From NCBI GenBank assembly GCA_963763775.1, contig CAVXPZ010000002.1, positions 1 to 64,000 on the forward strand: a stretch of DNA of 64,000 bases, written 5' to 3'. Position numbers and translations under genes: made by a program. Position 1 is the stretch's first letter. Each line of letters starts with the position of its first letter. The DNA comes from an uncultured Chloroflexia bacterium. Lineage in GTDB: Bacteria > Chloroflexota > Limnocylindria > Limnocylindrales > CSP1-4. Of the stretch, positions 44,135 through 54,684 are shown piece by piece. The notes under the pieces were generated by a model. The model had not been told where the DNA came from. It made no database searches and saw only the letters and a program-made list of their open reading frames with translations.

Positions 44135-44976
44135 TCAGTCGACGGTGCCGGCCAGCCGGTTCCCCGCGAGGAACCCGCGGAACGCCAGACCGGGTCGTCG
44201 GACACGTACCGGACGCCGCGATCGCCGACCCGCTCCGCGCCCGGCACGATCGCGGCATGGTCGGCGACGACCCCGCGCGCGTACTCGACCTCGATGACGA
44301 CCGGCGGTGGGACCGTGAGCCGCTGCAGGGCGCCAGGCTCGGCGGCTCGGCGCACGGCCCGCTCAGCGCCGGCGCGGACCCGGTCGCGGGCCACGCTCGG
44401 ATGCACGGAGGCCGCGCTGTTGCCGCCGTCCGCGACCTTGACCACGACCCGCTCGGTCCACGGCAGCCAGGCCTCGACCTCCTCGGCCAGCGCATCGTCG
44501 CCCGTCACCAGCCCGACCGGGATGCCCCAGGCGCCGAGGACCAGGGCGTTCAGGCCGTACTCACCCGTCGGTCGTCCGGCGAGGCGGGTCTCGACGGGCC
44601 GGCCCGAATAGGTGTGGGCGATCGTGCCTCGCGGGTGCCCGGCCCGGGCGTGGTACCCGACGAACAGGGCGACGTCGAATGCCGGGCCACCGTCCGGCCC
44701 GGGCTGGGCGCCGGCGACCATCGACCAGGCCTTCTCGCCCTGGAGGACCCGGGCCGCCGGGTGCAGCTCGGCCGGGAGCAGGTTGCGCATGTCCCAGTGG
44801 CTGTCGTTGACCAGGATGTCGTCCGCGCCGGCGGCGACCGCGCCCTCGATGGCGGCGTTCGTCTCGCCGATCATGAGCTCGACGGACGCGGGATAGCGGA
44901 CGTTCGCCGGATCCGTCGGGTGCGGATGGCTGACGCCGCCGATGCCCTCCATGTCGACGCTGATGTACACCCTCAC
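44135..44976 (-). CDS. M55-family D-aminopeptidase (DppA-like; frameshift near 44190)
   Basis: VYISVDMEG, VNDSH, FVGYHARAG, IAHTYS, VTGDD. Confidence 0.92.
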
Positions 44977-45722
44977 GACGGCCCCTCCTCGAGTCCGGTC
45001 CGCGCGGCATGCCCCACCCAGACGTGGCCGTCCGCGAACCGTTCGGCCTTCCAGATCGGCACCCGCGCCTTCGTCTCATCGATCGCGTAGCGAGCCGCCT
45101 CGAAGGCGGCGGCTCGATGCGGCGACACGGCGACGACGGCGATGGACGCCTCGCCGAGCGGCACGACCCCGAGACGGTGGACGATGGCCAGGCCGTCGAC
45201 GCCGAACCGCGCCTCGACCTCGTCGGCGATCGTCGCGAGCATCGCGAGGGCCATCGACTCGTGGGCCTCGTACTCGAGCGACTCGACGTCCCGTCCGACG
45301 TGCCGGGCCGCCTCGGCCTCCTGCCCGGGTGCCGGGGTCCCGGGCGTCGACCGGGTCCGCCCCAGGAACCCGACGACCGCGCCGTCGCCCGGGTCGGCGA
45401 GCCGGTCCGCCAACTCCCCGAGGACCGACGCGTCGAACGGCGACTCGCGCAGCTCGAGGACTCGCGTCGCCGACCCGCCCGAGACCGGCGGGATCATCGC
45501 GACCTCGTCCCCGTCAGCGAGGGCGGTCATGGGGTCCGCGTACGCGCCGTTGCACGCGAACCTGACGGACGGCCGCCCGGGCCCGAGGACCGGGAACCGC
45601 GCGACGAGCGCGGCCCAGGCATCCTCGATCGTCGCGCCGTCGCCGAGCTCGACCGGGACGTCGCGCGTGCCGGCCTGTTCGCGCTGCATCGCGAACAGGC
45701 GGATCCGGACCGTGATGGGCAT
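44973..45722 (-). CDS. Fused MoaD-MoaE (MoaX-like) molybdopterin synthase
   Basis: IPPVSGG, then GAVVGFLGRTR, LEYEAH, IVHRLG, VPIWKAE. Confidence 0.9.
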   Translation of the reverse strand: MPITVRIRLFAMQREQAGTRDVPVELGDGATIEDAWAALVARFPVLGPGRPSVRFACNGAYADPMTALADGDEVAMIPPVSGGSATRVLELRESPFDASVLGELADRLADPGDGAVVGFLGRTRSTPGTPAPGQEAEAARHVGRDVESLEYEAHESMALAMLATIADEVEARFGVDGLAIVHRLGVVPLGEASIAVVAVSPHRAAAFEAARYAIDETKARVPIWKAERFADGHVWVGHAARTGLEEGPS

Positions 45723-45723
45723 C

Positions 45724-46392
45724 TCAGCCGTGCCACGTCGCGACGAGCAGCCCGTCGCCGAGCGGGAGGATCGTCGCGGTGAATCGCGGGTCGCCCAGGA
45801 CGGTGGCGCAGAAGGCCCGCAGCGCCTCGGTGTTCGCGTCGCCCGTGCCGCCGCCCGTCGCCCCGGACGATCGGCCGCTCCACAGGACGTTGTCCGCGAC
45901 GACGAGGGCGTGCGGGGCGAGGCGCGGGATCAGCGCCTCGAGGTACGCCCCGTATTCCGGCTTGAGGGCATCGATGAAGGCGAGGTCGAACGGTCCGTCC
46001 AGCGCCGGGACCGCGGCGGCGAACGCCTCGAGCGCCGGCGCGGAGACCACGATGATCCGATCGTCGGCGATGCCCGCATCGCGCCACCAGCCGCGCGCGA
46101 GGTCCGTCCGCGTCCGGTCCGGGTCGATGGTCGCGATCGTCCCGTCGCCGGGCTGGCCGAGGGCGAGCCAGAGCGTCGAGTAGCCGTACGCGGTGCCGAC
46201 CTCGACGATCCGACGCCGCCCGCCCGCCAGGACCGAGAGGACCCGGCCGGAGTCCCGGTCGACGATCGGGACATGGAGCGGCTCGGCCGCCGCCTCGATC
46301 GCGAGGAGCGCGGGTACCGGCGGCAGCCCGAGCGACTCGATCCACTCGAGGTCGGTCGTGGTCGGGATCCAGCTCCGATCGTCCTTGCCCAT
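45724..46392 (-). CDS. O-methyltransferase
   Basis: VEVGTAYGYSTLWLA, FDLAFIDA, ADNVLWSG, PLGDGL. Confidence 0.9.
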   Translation of the reverse strand: MGKDDRSWIPTTTDLEWIESLGLPPVPALLAIEAAAEPLHVPIVDRDSGRVLSVLAGGRRRIVEVGTAYGYSTLWLALGQPGDGTIATIDPDRTRTDLARGWWRDAGIADDRIIVVSAPALEAFAAAVPALDGPFDLAFIDALKPEYGAYLEALIPRLAPHALVVADNVLWSGRSSGATGGGTGDANTEALRAFCATVLGDPRFTATILPLGDGLLVATWHG

Positions 46393-46406
46393 CGTCGTCT
46401 CCTCTT

Positions 46407-47246
46407 CTAGACCAGCAGTCCGGCGCCGAAATACAGCCCGGCGGCGAGGATGGTCCCCGCGGCGACCGATCCGACGTTGATGTACAGCAGCCCGGTCGCC
46501 GACTCCATCGACCGCGTTCGCGCCGTCTTGACCGAGGCCACCGACACGATCAACGGGAACACGAGTCCGACGATCAGTCGCAGCCACACGAACAGCGCCC
46601 ACGGGCCGACGAGCGCCGCGAACGGCGCGACGTCCGCCGGACCGGCACCCGTCGCGGTCCACGCCGCGAACAGCACGACCTGGATGGCGATCACGGCGAC
46701 CAGCACGCGCGTCAGCAGGATGAGCGGCCCCTCGGCCAGCTTGGGTGTCACGAGATACCAATGGCCGAGGATCATCGCCGCGAAGACGCCGCCGATCGCC
46801 GCCGCGACGACCGCCAGCTGCGTCAACAGGGAGACACTGCCCATCGCGCCGCCGCCCCAGGCGAGCGCGCCGAAGACCAGCGTCGCGACCCCGGCCGCCA
46901 GGGCGGCCCAGCCGAGCGCGTCCGCGACCCCGGGCCGGATCCGGCGGAGGAGCAGGGCGCCGCCCGCCAGGAGGCAGAAGGCCGCCAGGGCTTCGCGGCG
47001 AGGCGCGTCCCATGCCGGGTCGACGGTCACCGGCGAGTCACCGAGTGTCGTGGGAAGGGCCCCGTCCGAGATCCACGCGAGGACGCCGAACGCGATCGCG
47101 CAGACCGCGGTGAACGCCAGATAGCCGCTCGTGGCGGCCGTCCGACGGTGCAGCATGACGACCGCGGCATAGGTCCCGAGCGCGAGGCCCGTCAGCAACG
47201 TCCAGTTGATGAAGGCGAGGTTCTGGGCGATCTGTGTGGCGGGCAC
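46407..47246 (-). CDS. Polytopic membrane protein, function unknown
   Basis: About 7-8 hydrophobic segments; AMILGHWYLVTP; SATGLLY. Confidence 0.75.
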   Translation of the reverse strand: MPATQIAQNLAFINWTLLTGLALGTYAAVVMLHRRTAATSGYLAFTAVCAIAFGVLAWISDGALPTTLGDSPVTVDPAWDAPRREALAAFCLLAGGALLLRRIRPGVADALGWAALAAGVATLVFGALAWGGGAMGSVSLLTQLAVVAAAIGGVFAAMILGHWYLVTPKLAEGPLILLTRVLVAVIAIQVVLFAAWTATGAGPADVAPFAALVGPWALFVWLRLIVGLVFPLIVSVASVKTARTRSMESATGLLYINVGSVAAGTILAAGLYFGAGLLV

Positions 47247-47299
47247 GAACGCGAGTGTAGCCGCGTCGCTAGCATCGTCGGCACAGGAGGTTCGAAGCG

Positions 47300-48031
47300 A
47301 TGGGTATCGGTCGCGACACGACGGTCACCTGGTACGGCCACGCCTGCGTCGAGGTCCGGACACCGGGCGGGAAGGTGATCCTGATCGACCCGTGGTTCGG
47401 CAACCCGCGCTCACCCCGGACGGCCAATTCGGTCGACCGGTGCGACATCATGCTGGTGACCCACGGGCACAGCGACCATATGGGCGAGGCCGTGGCGATC
47501 GCCAGCCGGCTCCGGCCAGCGTGGCCGTGCATCCATGAGATGAGCCTGTGGCTGGCCCGGCGGCTCGCCGGCGGCGGCGAGGCCGTCATCGGCATGAACA
47601 AGGGCGGGACCGTCGAGCTCGACGGCGTCAAGGTGACGATGACCGGCGCCGACCATTCCGCCGGCGACTGGAACGCCGCCGGCGAGGTCCCGCTCTACCT
47701 GGGCGAGCCTGCCGGGTTCGTGGTCGAACTCGAGAACGGGTTCCGCCTCTACCACGCGGGCGACACGAACGTCTTCGGGGACATGCGCATCATCGGCGAG
47801 CTGTATCACCCCGACGTCGCCCTGCTCCCGATCGGGGGGCACTACACCATGGGCCCGACCGAAGCCGCCCTCGCGGCCGAGTTGCTCGGCGTGGATACCG
47901 TCATCGCCATCCACTACGGGACGTTCCCGATCCTGGCCGGGACCCCGGACGCGCTCCGCGCGGCCCTCGCCGCCCGCGGACGGTCGGACGTGATCGTCTA
48001 CGCGCCGGAACCGGGTGAGCCGGTCGGCTGA
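47300..48031 (+). CDS. Metallo-beta-lactamase-fold hydrolase (UPF0173-like)
   Basis: WYGHA, THGHSDH, YHAGDT, PIGGHYTMGP, IHYGTFP. Confidence 0.9.
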   Translation: MGIGRDTTVTWYGHACVEVRTPGGKVILIDPWFGNPRSPRTANSVDRCDIMLVTHGHSDHMGEAVAIASRLRPAWPCIHEMSLWLARRLAGGGEAVIGMNKGGTVELDGVKVTMTGADHSAGDWNAAGEVPLYLGEPAGFVVELENGFRLYHAGDTNVFGDMRIIGELYHPDVALLPIGGHYTMGPTEAALAAELLGVDTVIAIHYGTFPILAGTPDALRAALAARGRSDVIVYAPEPGEPVG

Positions 48032-48048
48032 GTCCCGCCGGGACCGCG

Positions 48049-48981
48049 ATGCCGTACCGTAGGCTGCGAGCCGAGCGCCGCCAGACGATCCCCACACACC
48101 GGGAGGCGATCATCGATCCGTTTGACTTCGCGCTCCTGGCCTGGGCGTTCGCCTTCGGCCTGGCGGCAGCGTGGCTCGCCCGCCGCCGTGAGCGCGTCCC
48201 CGCCGCGTGGGCCGTCTACGGGGCCATCCTCGGCCCTGTCGCGCTCACCCTTCTCTGGCTGGCACCGCCCGGGCGGTGTCGAGTCTGCCGGTCGTCCGTG
48301 CGCGGCTGGACGTCGACCTGCACCTGGTGTGGGAGCGACGTCCGTGGTGCCGCGAGCCGATTCGCGCCTCGCCCGGTGCGCGCCGTGCCGTCACCGCAGG
48401 CGATCGTCGTTGCCGAGGCGGCCGCGGCCGACGTCCCAGGGGTCGCGGCCGGTGGGCCAGAGCCTCGGACGGTTCCGCCGGACCCGGCGACCCCCCATCC
48501 GATCATCTCGGTCGCGCCGACACGCCGACCGGCCGATGGCGACGACGCGGCCGTGCCGGCGGCCCCGAGCGCGACGACCGTCGTGACCCCCGAGACGGCC
48601 AGTTCCGGGTCGACCGACACGAAACCACCGTCGAAGCGCGCCTCGAAACGACCGACGCCGGCATCACCGCCGGGCGTGGTCCTCGGCTCGGGCATCTTCG
48701 TGACGGGGACCGTCGGACTGTCGGCGGGGTCGCGGTACGCGATCGAGATCTCGGGGCACGACCTGCGGGTCGTCGCGACCTCCCGAACGGGGACCGCCCC
48801 GTCGCCGTTCACCCGAGCACTTCCGGGATTCGAGGCGACCGCCGTCGACGGCCGGCTGATCATCGCGTCCAGCGGCCGGAATGGCGCCGTCCTCGTCTTC
48901 ATGTCCGTCGACGGCGCCGGTCCGTCCGCTGTCGCCGACGCGATCAACCGCGCCGTGGACGACGCCGGAGGCACGTCGTGA
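48049..48981 (+). CDS. Hypothetical membrane protein with zinc ribbon and Pro-rich linker (start uncertain)
   Basis: Two TM segments; CRVC...CTWC. Confidence 0.55.
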   Translation: MPYRRLRAERRQTIPTHREAIIDPFDFALLAWAFAFGLAAAWLARRRERVPAAWAVYGAILGPVALTLLWLAPPGRCRVCRSSVRGWTSTCTWCGSDVRGAASRFAPRPVRAVPSPQAIVVAEAAAADVPGVAAGGPEPRTVPPDPATPHPIISVAPTRRPADGDDAAVPAAPSATTVVTPETASSGSTDTKPPSKRASKRPTPASPPGVVLGSGIFVTGTVGLSAGSRYAIEISGHDLRVVATSRTGTAPSPFTRALPGFEATAVDGRLIIASSGRNGAVLVFMSVDGAGPSAVADAINRAVDDAGGTS

Positions 48982-49763
48982 GCGGGACGGCGGGACCAGT
49001 GCGGCCGACCACGTCCAGGCTGCGCGAGAGCCTCAGCCCGGAGGCGATCTCGGTCGGCCTGATCGCGTTCCTCATGCTCGGGGCCATCGGGGCCATCGTC
49101 ACCGGAGGCACGCCGAGTCGCCTGGACGGCGGGTCTGGCGGTCCGCCGAGCGCACCGGCATCAGCCGGCGCGGTGGCGCCGTCGACCTCGCTCCTGCCGC
49201 CGACCGCGATCCCGACGCCCACGCCGACCCCGACCCCGACGCCGGAACCGACACCCACGCCGTCGCCCACGCCCACCGCGGCGCCGACGCCGACACCGAC
49301 ACCCACGCCGACCGCGGTGCCCACGCCGGTCGCGTGGCAGGCGACCGCCCGGACCGTGCTCGCGGCCGACGAGCGGCTGATCCTGGCTCGCGAGGAGCTT
49401 CGGGCGGTCCTGCGAACGAACCCGAAGCGCGCGGACGACCTCATCCGTCTGCTCCGCTCGACCAACCAGACGCTCAGTGCCACCAGCGACGCCATCGCGA
49501 CGCTGGCCCGCGAGCACGCGCCGAGCGACCTGGTATCACGGCTCCGGGAGGTCCATCAGACGGCGCTGGATGCGAGCGTTGCCACGCTCGCGAATGCCTT
49601 CAGCGATGTCGCTGCGTATCGCGCCGGGTCCGCGAAGGTCGCCGACATCCTGGGCGGCCTCGAGCCGTTGATGGTGGACCTCGCGACCGCCGCCGGCCTG
49701 CCCGACCCGTTCCCCGGCGGCACCCCCGCGAGCGCCTCCCCGAGCGCGTCGCCGGCGCCGTGA
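48978..49763 (+). CDS. Hypothetical membrane-anchored protein with PT-repeat linker and helical domain
   Basis: GTGA overlap with the upstream gene; one TM segment; (PT)n at about 49200-49330. Confidence 0.6.
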   Translation: MSGTAGPVRPTTSRLRESLSPEAISVGLIAFLMLGAIGAIVTGGTPSRLDGGSGGPPSAPASAGAVAPSTSLLPPTAIPTPTPTPTPTPEPTPTPSPTPTAAPTPTPTPTPTAVPTPVAWQATARTVLAADERLILAREELRAVLRTNPKRADDLIRLLRSTNQTLSATSDAIATLAREHAPSDLVSRLREVHQTALDASVATLANAFSDVAAYRAGSAKVADILGGLEPLMVDLATAAGLPDPFPGGTPASASPSASPAP

Positions 49764-49867
49764 AGTCGAGGCGACCGAGCCTTCCCGGGATCGTCCCGCC
49801 CCGAGGGCTGTGCTAGGCTCCCGGACGGTCCAGCCACGGAAGTGAGGAGTCTGACATCCCCATCATC

Positions 49868-50101
49868 GTGGGCGACGTCGGTCGCCGGCTGCTCGACGGC
49901 GTGCCGCTCGACACTCGGTCGGTCCTGCTGGCCGCGATCGCCGGGACCGCGCTGCTCGTGATCCTCGCGATGCGCGAGATCGAGCTCATCCTGCGGCCCG
50001 AGTCCGAGCACCGCGTGCACCGCCTCGACGGGGCGATCGCCGTCCTGTGCGTGGCCGTCGGGACGATCATCCTCGATCGGGCGTTCGCGATCCTCTCGTG
50101 A
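49868..50101 (+). CDS. Small two-TM hypothetical protein
   Basis: Two hydrophobic segments; GTGA-coupled to the next gene. Confidence 0.5.
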   Translation: MGDVGRRLLDGVPLDTRSVLLAAIAGTALLVILAMREIELILRPESEHRVHRLDGAIAVLCVAVGTIILDRAFAILS

Positions 50102-50859
50102 CGACCGACGAACGCCCGTCCACCTCGCCGCTCGCGCGGACCGCCGACCTCGACCGACTGCTCCTCTGGCTGGGGCTGCTCGCCGCGGCGGGCGTCGTCG
50201 GCGCGGTCGCACCGCTCCTCGGGGCCCTGGCGGATGCCGCGATCCTGGTGGGGTTCGCCGTCATCGCGCGTTCGAAGCGTCCCCTCGGCGACGCCGCCAC
50301 CGCGCTGATGCTCGTCCCGCTGCTTCGGCTCCTGTGGGTCACGATCCTCATCGAAGCCGTCCCGCAGGCCGACCGGACGCTGCTGGTCGCCGTGCCGTAT
50401 CTCGTGGCGACCTTCCTGATCGCGCGCGGCCTCGACGTGACCCCCCACGAAGTCGGCCTGGGCCGCCCGGCCCGACCGTGGGTCGACGTCGCCGTCGCTG
50501 CCGGGATCGGTGCCGCCGGACTCGCGATCGGGCTCCTCGTCGGATCGGAGGTCCACTGGGCGACGACGGCGAGCGGGTTCCAGGTCCGGGCCATCGGCTA
50601 CGCGATCGTCATCGCGTATGCCGAGGAGCTGGCCTTCCGCGGCCTCATGCCCAAGGTCCTCGAGCGTCACGTCCCCGGGCTCGGGTATGCCCTGGCCGCC
50701 GCCGCCTACGCGATCCTCGCCCTCGGTGCCGGCTCGCTGCTCCTCGTCGCCCTCACGATCGGGCTCGGGATCGCGACGACACTCGCGGCGCGGTCGACCG
50801 GGTCGCTCTGGGGCGTCATCGCCGGTCATGCCGCCTTCCTGATCCTGCTGAACGTCTGA
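50098..50859 (+). CDS. CPBP/Abi-family intramembrane protease-like protein
   Basis: AEELAFRG and TGSLWGVIAGH motifs. Confidence 0.7.
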   Translation: MTTDERPSTSPLARTADLDRLLLWLGLLAAAGVVGAVAPLLGALADAAILVGFAVIARSKRPLGDAATALMLVPLLRLLWVTILIEAVPQADRTLLVAVPYLVATFLIARGLDVTPHEVGLGRPARPWVDVAVAAGIGAAGLAIGLLVGSEVHWATTASGFQVRAIGYAIVIAYAEELAFRGLMPKVLERHVPGLGYALAAAAYAILALGAGSLLLVALTIGLGIATTLAARSTGSLWGVIAGHAAFLILLNV

Positions 50860-50893
50860 CCGAGGGTCCGCGCGGACCCGGACCTCGCGGCCG

Positions 50894-52330
50894 TCAGTCG
50901 GCTGGGGCGTCGAAGCGGCCGGCCAGGCCCGCGGCGGGCGAGCCGGGCTGCAACCGGTAGTCGTGGCCGGCCTGGTCGCGGAAGACCGGGTCGGCCACGA
51001 TGCCGTTGGCCTCCTGCCCGCTCCACTGTCGGAACGTCGCGAATTGGTCGGTCCCATCGTGTCCGTGGACGAACGCGATCTGATTCCCGAGCAGCGGGCA
51101 GACATCGGCTCGACATGGCGAGAAGACGTCGTGGTCGAGGGTGATGTCGGGCGGCAGGTCCGAGTCGATGCTGAACGCGCGTCCGCCGGCGAAGATGTTG
51201 TGGGAGACCTCCAGGCGCTCCATCGGACCACTGAACGAGTCGTTGCCCCGGAAGAGTCCGATGTCGAAGCGGTCCAGCCCGTCGAACGTGTTCCAGGAGA
51301 CCACCGCGTCGGACGCGCAACGCAGGTAGATGCCCCGTTCCTCCTCCCGGTCGCCGACATGGTCGCTGTACAGCACGTTCCGGGTGATCGAGAGGTTGTC
51401 GCAGGGCTGCCCTTCCTGGGTCCCCGTCTCGATGAGGTCGTTCGAGCCGGTGAGCACGTTCTCGCGGATGTCGAGGTCGGAGGCGCCGTAGATCTCGATG
51501 CCGACGTCGTGATTGCCCTGGATCCGGTTGCGCTCGATCGTGATCCCGCCGTGGGTGAAGTAGAGATTGATCCCTCCGCCTCCACGCCACTTGTCGACGC
51601 GCCGGTCGTTGTCGACGATGTCGTTCGCGACGATCGTGGTCCCGTCGGTCCGGCCGTGGATCTCGAGCCCGTAGCCGTTGTCGGTGACCGTGTTGCGCTC
51701 GATCCGTGCGCCGGTCGCATCGACCAGGTGGATCCCGAAGGGGTTGCCTCGGACCACGTTGCCGACGATGACCGCGCCGTCGGCGCCGCGGACCATCAGT
51801 CCACCGGAGTACGGCTCCGTGACCCCGGTGAGGGTGAGGCCCGTGACGGTGACGCCCGTCGCGCCCGTGTCGATCGTGAGGCCGCCGACCACGGACGTCT
51901 GGCCGGGCTCGCCGACGATCGTGAGTCCGGTCTGCTCCACGGTCGTCCCGTCGAAACTGCCCGGCCCCAGGCGGATCGTGGCGCCCGCCGGGGCCGTGGT
52001 CACGGCGTGCGACAGCGTGCGCCAGGGATGCGCCCGCGATCCGTCGCCCGCATCGTCGCCGGTCGTCTCCACGCGCAGGCCGACATCCGGCGCGATCGTC
52101 GGCAACGGGTCCATGTCGGAACCCACCGGGTCGGGCATCGATGCCGCCGGTGCCGTGACCTGGGGCGCGGTGCTGCTTGAGGGGGCCTCGGCCACGCTCG
52201 ACTCCGGGGTCGGCGGGACGCTGGCATCGGCCCCCCGAGACAGCCCGGGCACGCGCAACGCCGCAGCGAGGACGATGACCACGACGACCACCGTCGCGAC
52301 GGCGAGAAGCCGGAAACTGGTGCGGATCAC
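50894..52330 (-). CDS. Exported right-handed beta-helix (pectin-lyase-like) protein
   Basis: GDGSRAHPWRTLSHA, Asn-ladder repeats, DPVF...DYRLQPGSPA. Confidence 0.8.
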   Translation of the reverse strand: MIRTSFRLLAVATVVVVVIVLAAALRVPGLSRGADASVPPTPESSVAEAPSSSTAPQVTAPAASMPDPVGSDMDPLPTIAPDVGLRVETTGDDAGDGSRAHPWRTLSHAVTTAPAGATIRLGPGSFDGTTVEQTGLTIVGEPGQTSVVGGLTIDTGATGVTVTGLTLTGVTEPYSGGLMVRGADGAVIVGNVVRGNPFGIHLVDATGARIERNTVTDNGYGLEIHGRTDGTTIVANDIVDNDRRVDKWRGGGGINLYFTHGGITIERNRIQGNHDVGIEIYGASDLDIRENVLTGSNDLIETGTQEGQPCDNLSITRNVLYSDHVGDREEERGIYLRCASDAVVSWNTFDGLDRFDIGLFRGNDSFSGPMERLEVSHNIFAGGRAFSIDSDLPPDITLDHDVFSPCRADVCPLLGNQIAFVHGHDGTDQFATFRQWSGQEANGIVADPVFRDQAGHDYRLQPGSPAAGLAGRFDAPAD

Positions 52331-52501
52331 GTCGCCATCACCACGAACGGGGGGTGGGTTGTCAGGTCCGTCGACCTGGTGCGTCCCGCCAACGGGGCAT
52401 GGCCGCGTTCAGGGTCGTGCGTGCCGATAGGAGGCCGGTCCGGGTATCCTGCCACACCCGTGCGTCAGACGGCCAGAGCGCCGGCCACGGACAGGAGAAC
52501 T

Positions 52502-54268
52502 GTGCGGCAGCTCGATTCACGTGGTCGCGCCGAGGGGATCGGGTGGGTGCTTGCCGGCATCGGCCTGGCCGCCTGGCTGCTCACGTTGCGGCCGATCCAT
52601 GCCGCGGATCTCGATGATCTCGGGATCATCGGGGCCCTGCCGATGGGGACGTGGCTGGCGATCGCGCTCGTGACCGCCGCGTTCGCCTTCGCCGTCGAGC
52701 TCAGGCCGATGTCGATGCGCCTCGCCATCGCGTGCATCCTCGGCATGACCGTGATCCTGTACGGGACCCCGGCCATCGTCGAAGCGCTGCCGCGATTCAG
52801 CACGGTCTACGTCCACCTCGGCCTGATCGAGGCGATCGAACGGGCGGGCCGGCTCTTCCCCGAGCTCGATGCCCGGTTCAGCTGGCCGCTCTTCTTCACG
52901 GGCGCGGCCCTGATCTCGCAACTCGCCCAGGTGGACCTGCTGACGATCGCGCAATGGTTCCCGATGGTCACCACCATCGCCGTGCTGCCGCCGCTGTGGA
53001 TCCTGATGCGGTCGTTCGTCAACGACCGGCGGCTGTCCGTCGTCGCGCTCTGGCTGTTCGTCCTGGCCGACTGGGTCGCCCAGGACTACCTGTCGCCTCA
53101 AGGGATGAACCTGGTGCTTTACGTGTGGTTCATCGCGATCGTGGCCTGGCTCTTCAAACGGTCACCCCGGCCCAGCGCGTGGGTGGCGCGGGCGATGGAG
53201 CGCAGCCGACTCCCGCGCGCGGTCTTCGTCGACTCCGTCGACCGACCCATCGGGCCGGCCATCTCGCGCGTCGGGATGTTCGCGATCGTCGTGGCCGTCG
53301 CCTTCTTCAGTACGGCGAGCCATCAGCTGACCCCGTTCGCGATGGTCGGGGCGTCGGTCGGCCTCGTCATCGTCGGGCGGACGAGCCTGCGGTCGCTGCC
53401 GATCATGGTGGCCGTCATCGCGGCCCTGTGGATCAGCTTCGCCGGGCAGGACTACCTGCTCGGCAACCTCGCCCAGCTCCTCAAGGACGTCGGCAACCCG
53501 ACCGGGAACGCGGGGACGTCGATCGCCGGCCGGATCCGCGGCAGCGAGGGCCACCTGTTCGTCGTGGTGGAGCGGATCGCGTTCACCGCCTTCTTCTGGG
53601 CGGTCGCCGCGGTCGGCCTCTGGCGTCGCATCCGACTTGGCTTCTGGGACGTGGGGGCGATGGTCCTGGCTGTCGTGCCCTTCGCGATCATCGGGTTCCA
53701 GAGCTACGGTGGCGAGATCTTCCTTCGCGTGTTCCTGTTCTCGCTCCCGCCGATGGCGTTCCTTGCCGCTGCCGCGATCTTCCCGGTCTTCTATGCGCGG
53801 TCACGCGTCCAGACGGTCGTCCTCGTCCTGCTCAGCGTCGCCCTCGCCGTCGGGTTCGTCGTGGCTCGCTACGGCAACGAGCGCGCCGACATCGTGGAGC
53901 CGGGCGAGCTCGTCGCGACCGAGCAGGCCTACCGCCTCATCCCGCAGGACTCGCTGATCGCCACCATGAACTACAACAGCCCCATCCGCTACCGGTACGT
54001 CGAGCTGTACGACCACCTGGAGCTGCAGGGGCAGCTGGCCGATCTGACCGCCGACGGCGTCGCGAAGGAGCTCGACGCCGCCCGTAATGGCCAGCCGGCC
54101 TTCCTCTTCCTGACGCGCGGCCAACAGGCGCTCGAGGAACTCCTCGGCGGGGCGACCGGGGACTGGGAACGGCTGACGGCCGAGCTGGACGCGTCCGACC
54201 GGTTCGTCCCCGAGTTCCAGAGCGCGGATGCCGTCCTGTACCGATATGTGCCGGTGGAGGCCCCATGA
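52502..54268 (+). CDS. Polytopic membrane glycosyltransferase (GT-C)/polymerase-like protein
   Basis: Many TM segments; WVAQDYLSPQ, SHQLTPF, YGGEIFLRVFLF, RYGNE. Confidence 0.7.
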   Translation: MRQLDSRGRAEGIGWVLAGIGLAAWLLTLRPIHAADLDDLGIIGALPMGTWLAIALVTAAFAFAVELRPMSMRLAIACILGMTVILYGTPAIVEALPRFSTVYVHLGLIEAIERAGRLFPELDARFSWPLFFTGAALISQLAQVDLLTIAQWFPMVTTIAVLPPLWILMRSFVNDRRLSVVALWLFVLADWVAQDYLSPQGMNLVLYVWFIAIVAWLFKRSPRPSAWVARAMERSRLPRAVFVDSVDRPIGPAISRVGMFAIVVAVAFFSTASHQLTPFAMVGASVGLVIVGRTSLRSLPIMVAVIAALWISFAGQDYLLGNLAQLLKDVGNPTGNAGTSIAGRIRGSEGHLFVVVERIAFTAFFWAVAAVGLWRRIRLGFWDVGAMVLAVVPFAIIGFQSYGGEIFLRVFLFSLPPMAFLAAAAIFPVFYARSRVQTVVLVLLSVALAVGFVVARYGNERADIVEPGELVATEQAYRLIPQDSLIATMNYNSPIRYRYVELYDHLELQGQLADLTADGVAKELDAARNGQPAFLFLTRGQQALEELLGGATGDWERLTAELDASDRFVPEFQSADAVLYRYVPVEAP

Positions 54269-54684
54269 CGACCACGGATCGGGGCCCCGCCTCGGACGCC
54301 TCCGAAGCGACGGCGGCAGCGATCGTCGGCGCGTCGGCCGCGGTGTTGATCGTCGTCGCCCTGGACATCTCCGGGGTCGTCCGGACGGGCCTCGTCGCCG
54401 GCTACCTGCTGTTCGTCCCGGGTCTCGCCGCCATCCGCGCCGCAGGCTTCAGCGGGTCGGCCGCGGTCCTGTCGCTCTCGCTCATCCTCAGCCTCGGCGT
54501 CGACGGGACCGTGGCCATGGTGCTGTACGCGACCCAGCGATTCGAGACGATCCTCGCGCTCATCCTCGTCGTCGCGGTGACCCTCTGCCTGGTGTTCGTG
54601 GAGCGGCTGCTCGTGGCCGACCGACCCTTGACGGAACTGGACCCGACGACCGACGACTCGGGTGTTGCCCCCACGCACCGATAG
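54265..54684 (+). CDS. Small 4-TM membrane protein
   Basis: LLFVPG motif; ATGA-coupled to the upstream gene. Confidence 0.65.
   Translation: MTTTDRGPASDASEATAAAIVGASAAVLIVVALDISGVVRTGLVAGYLLFVPGLAAIRAAGFSGSAAVLSLSLILSLGVDGTVAMVLYATQRFETILALILVVAVTLCLVFVERLLVADRPLTELDPTTDDSGVAPTHR

Noticed and set aside
42961-44976. M55-DmpA peptidase fusion
   Set aside because: A frameshift near 44190 hides the M55 stop at 44135, and DmpA has its own GTG start at 44064.
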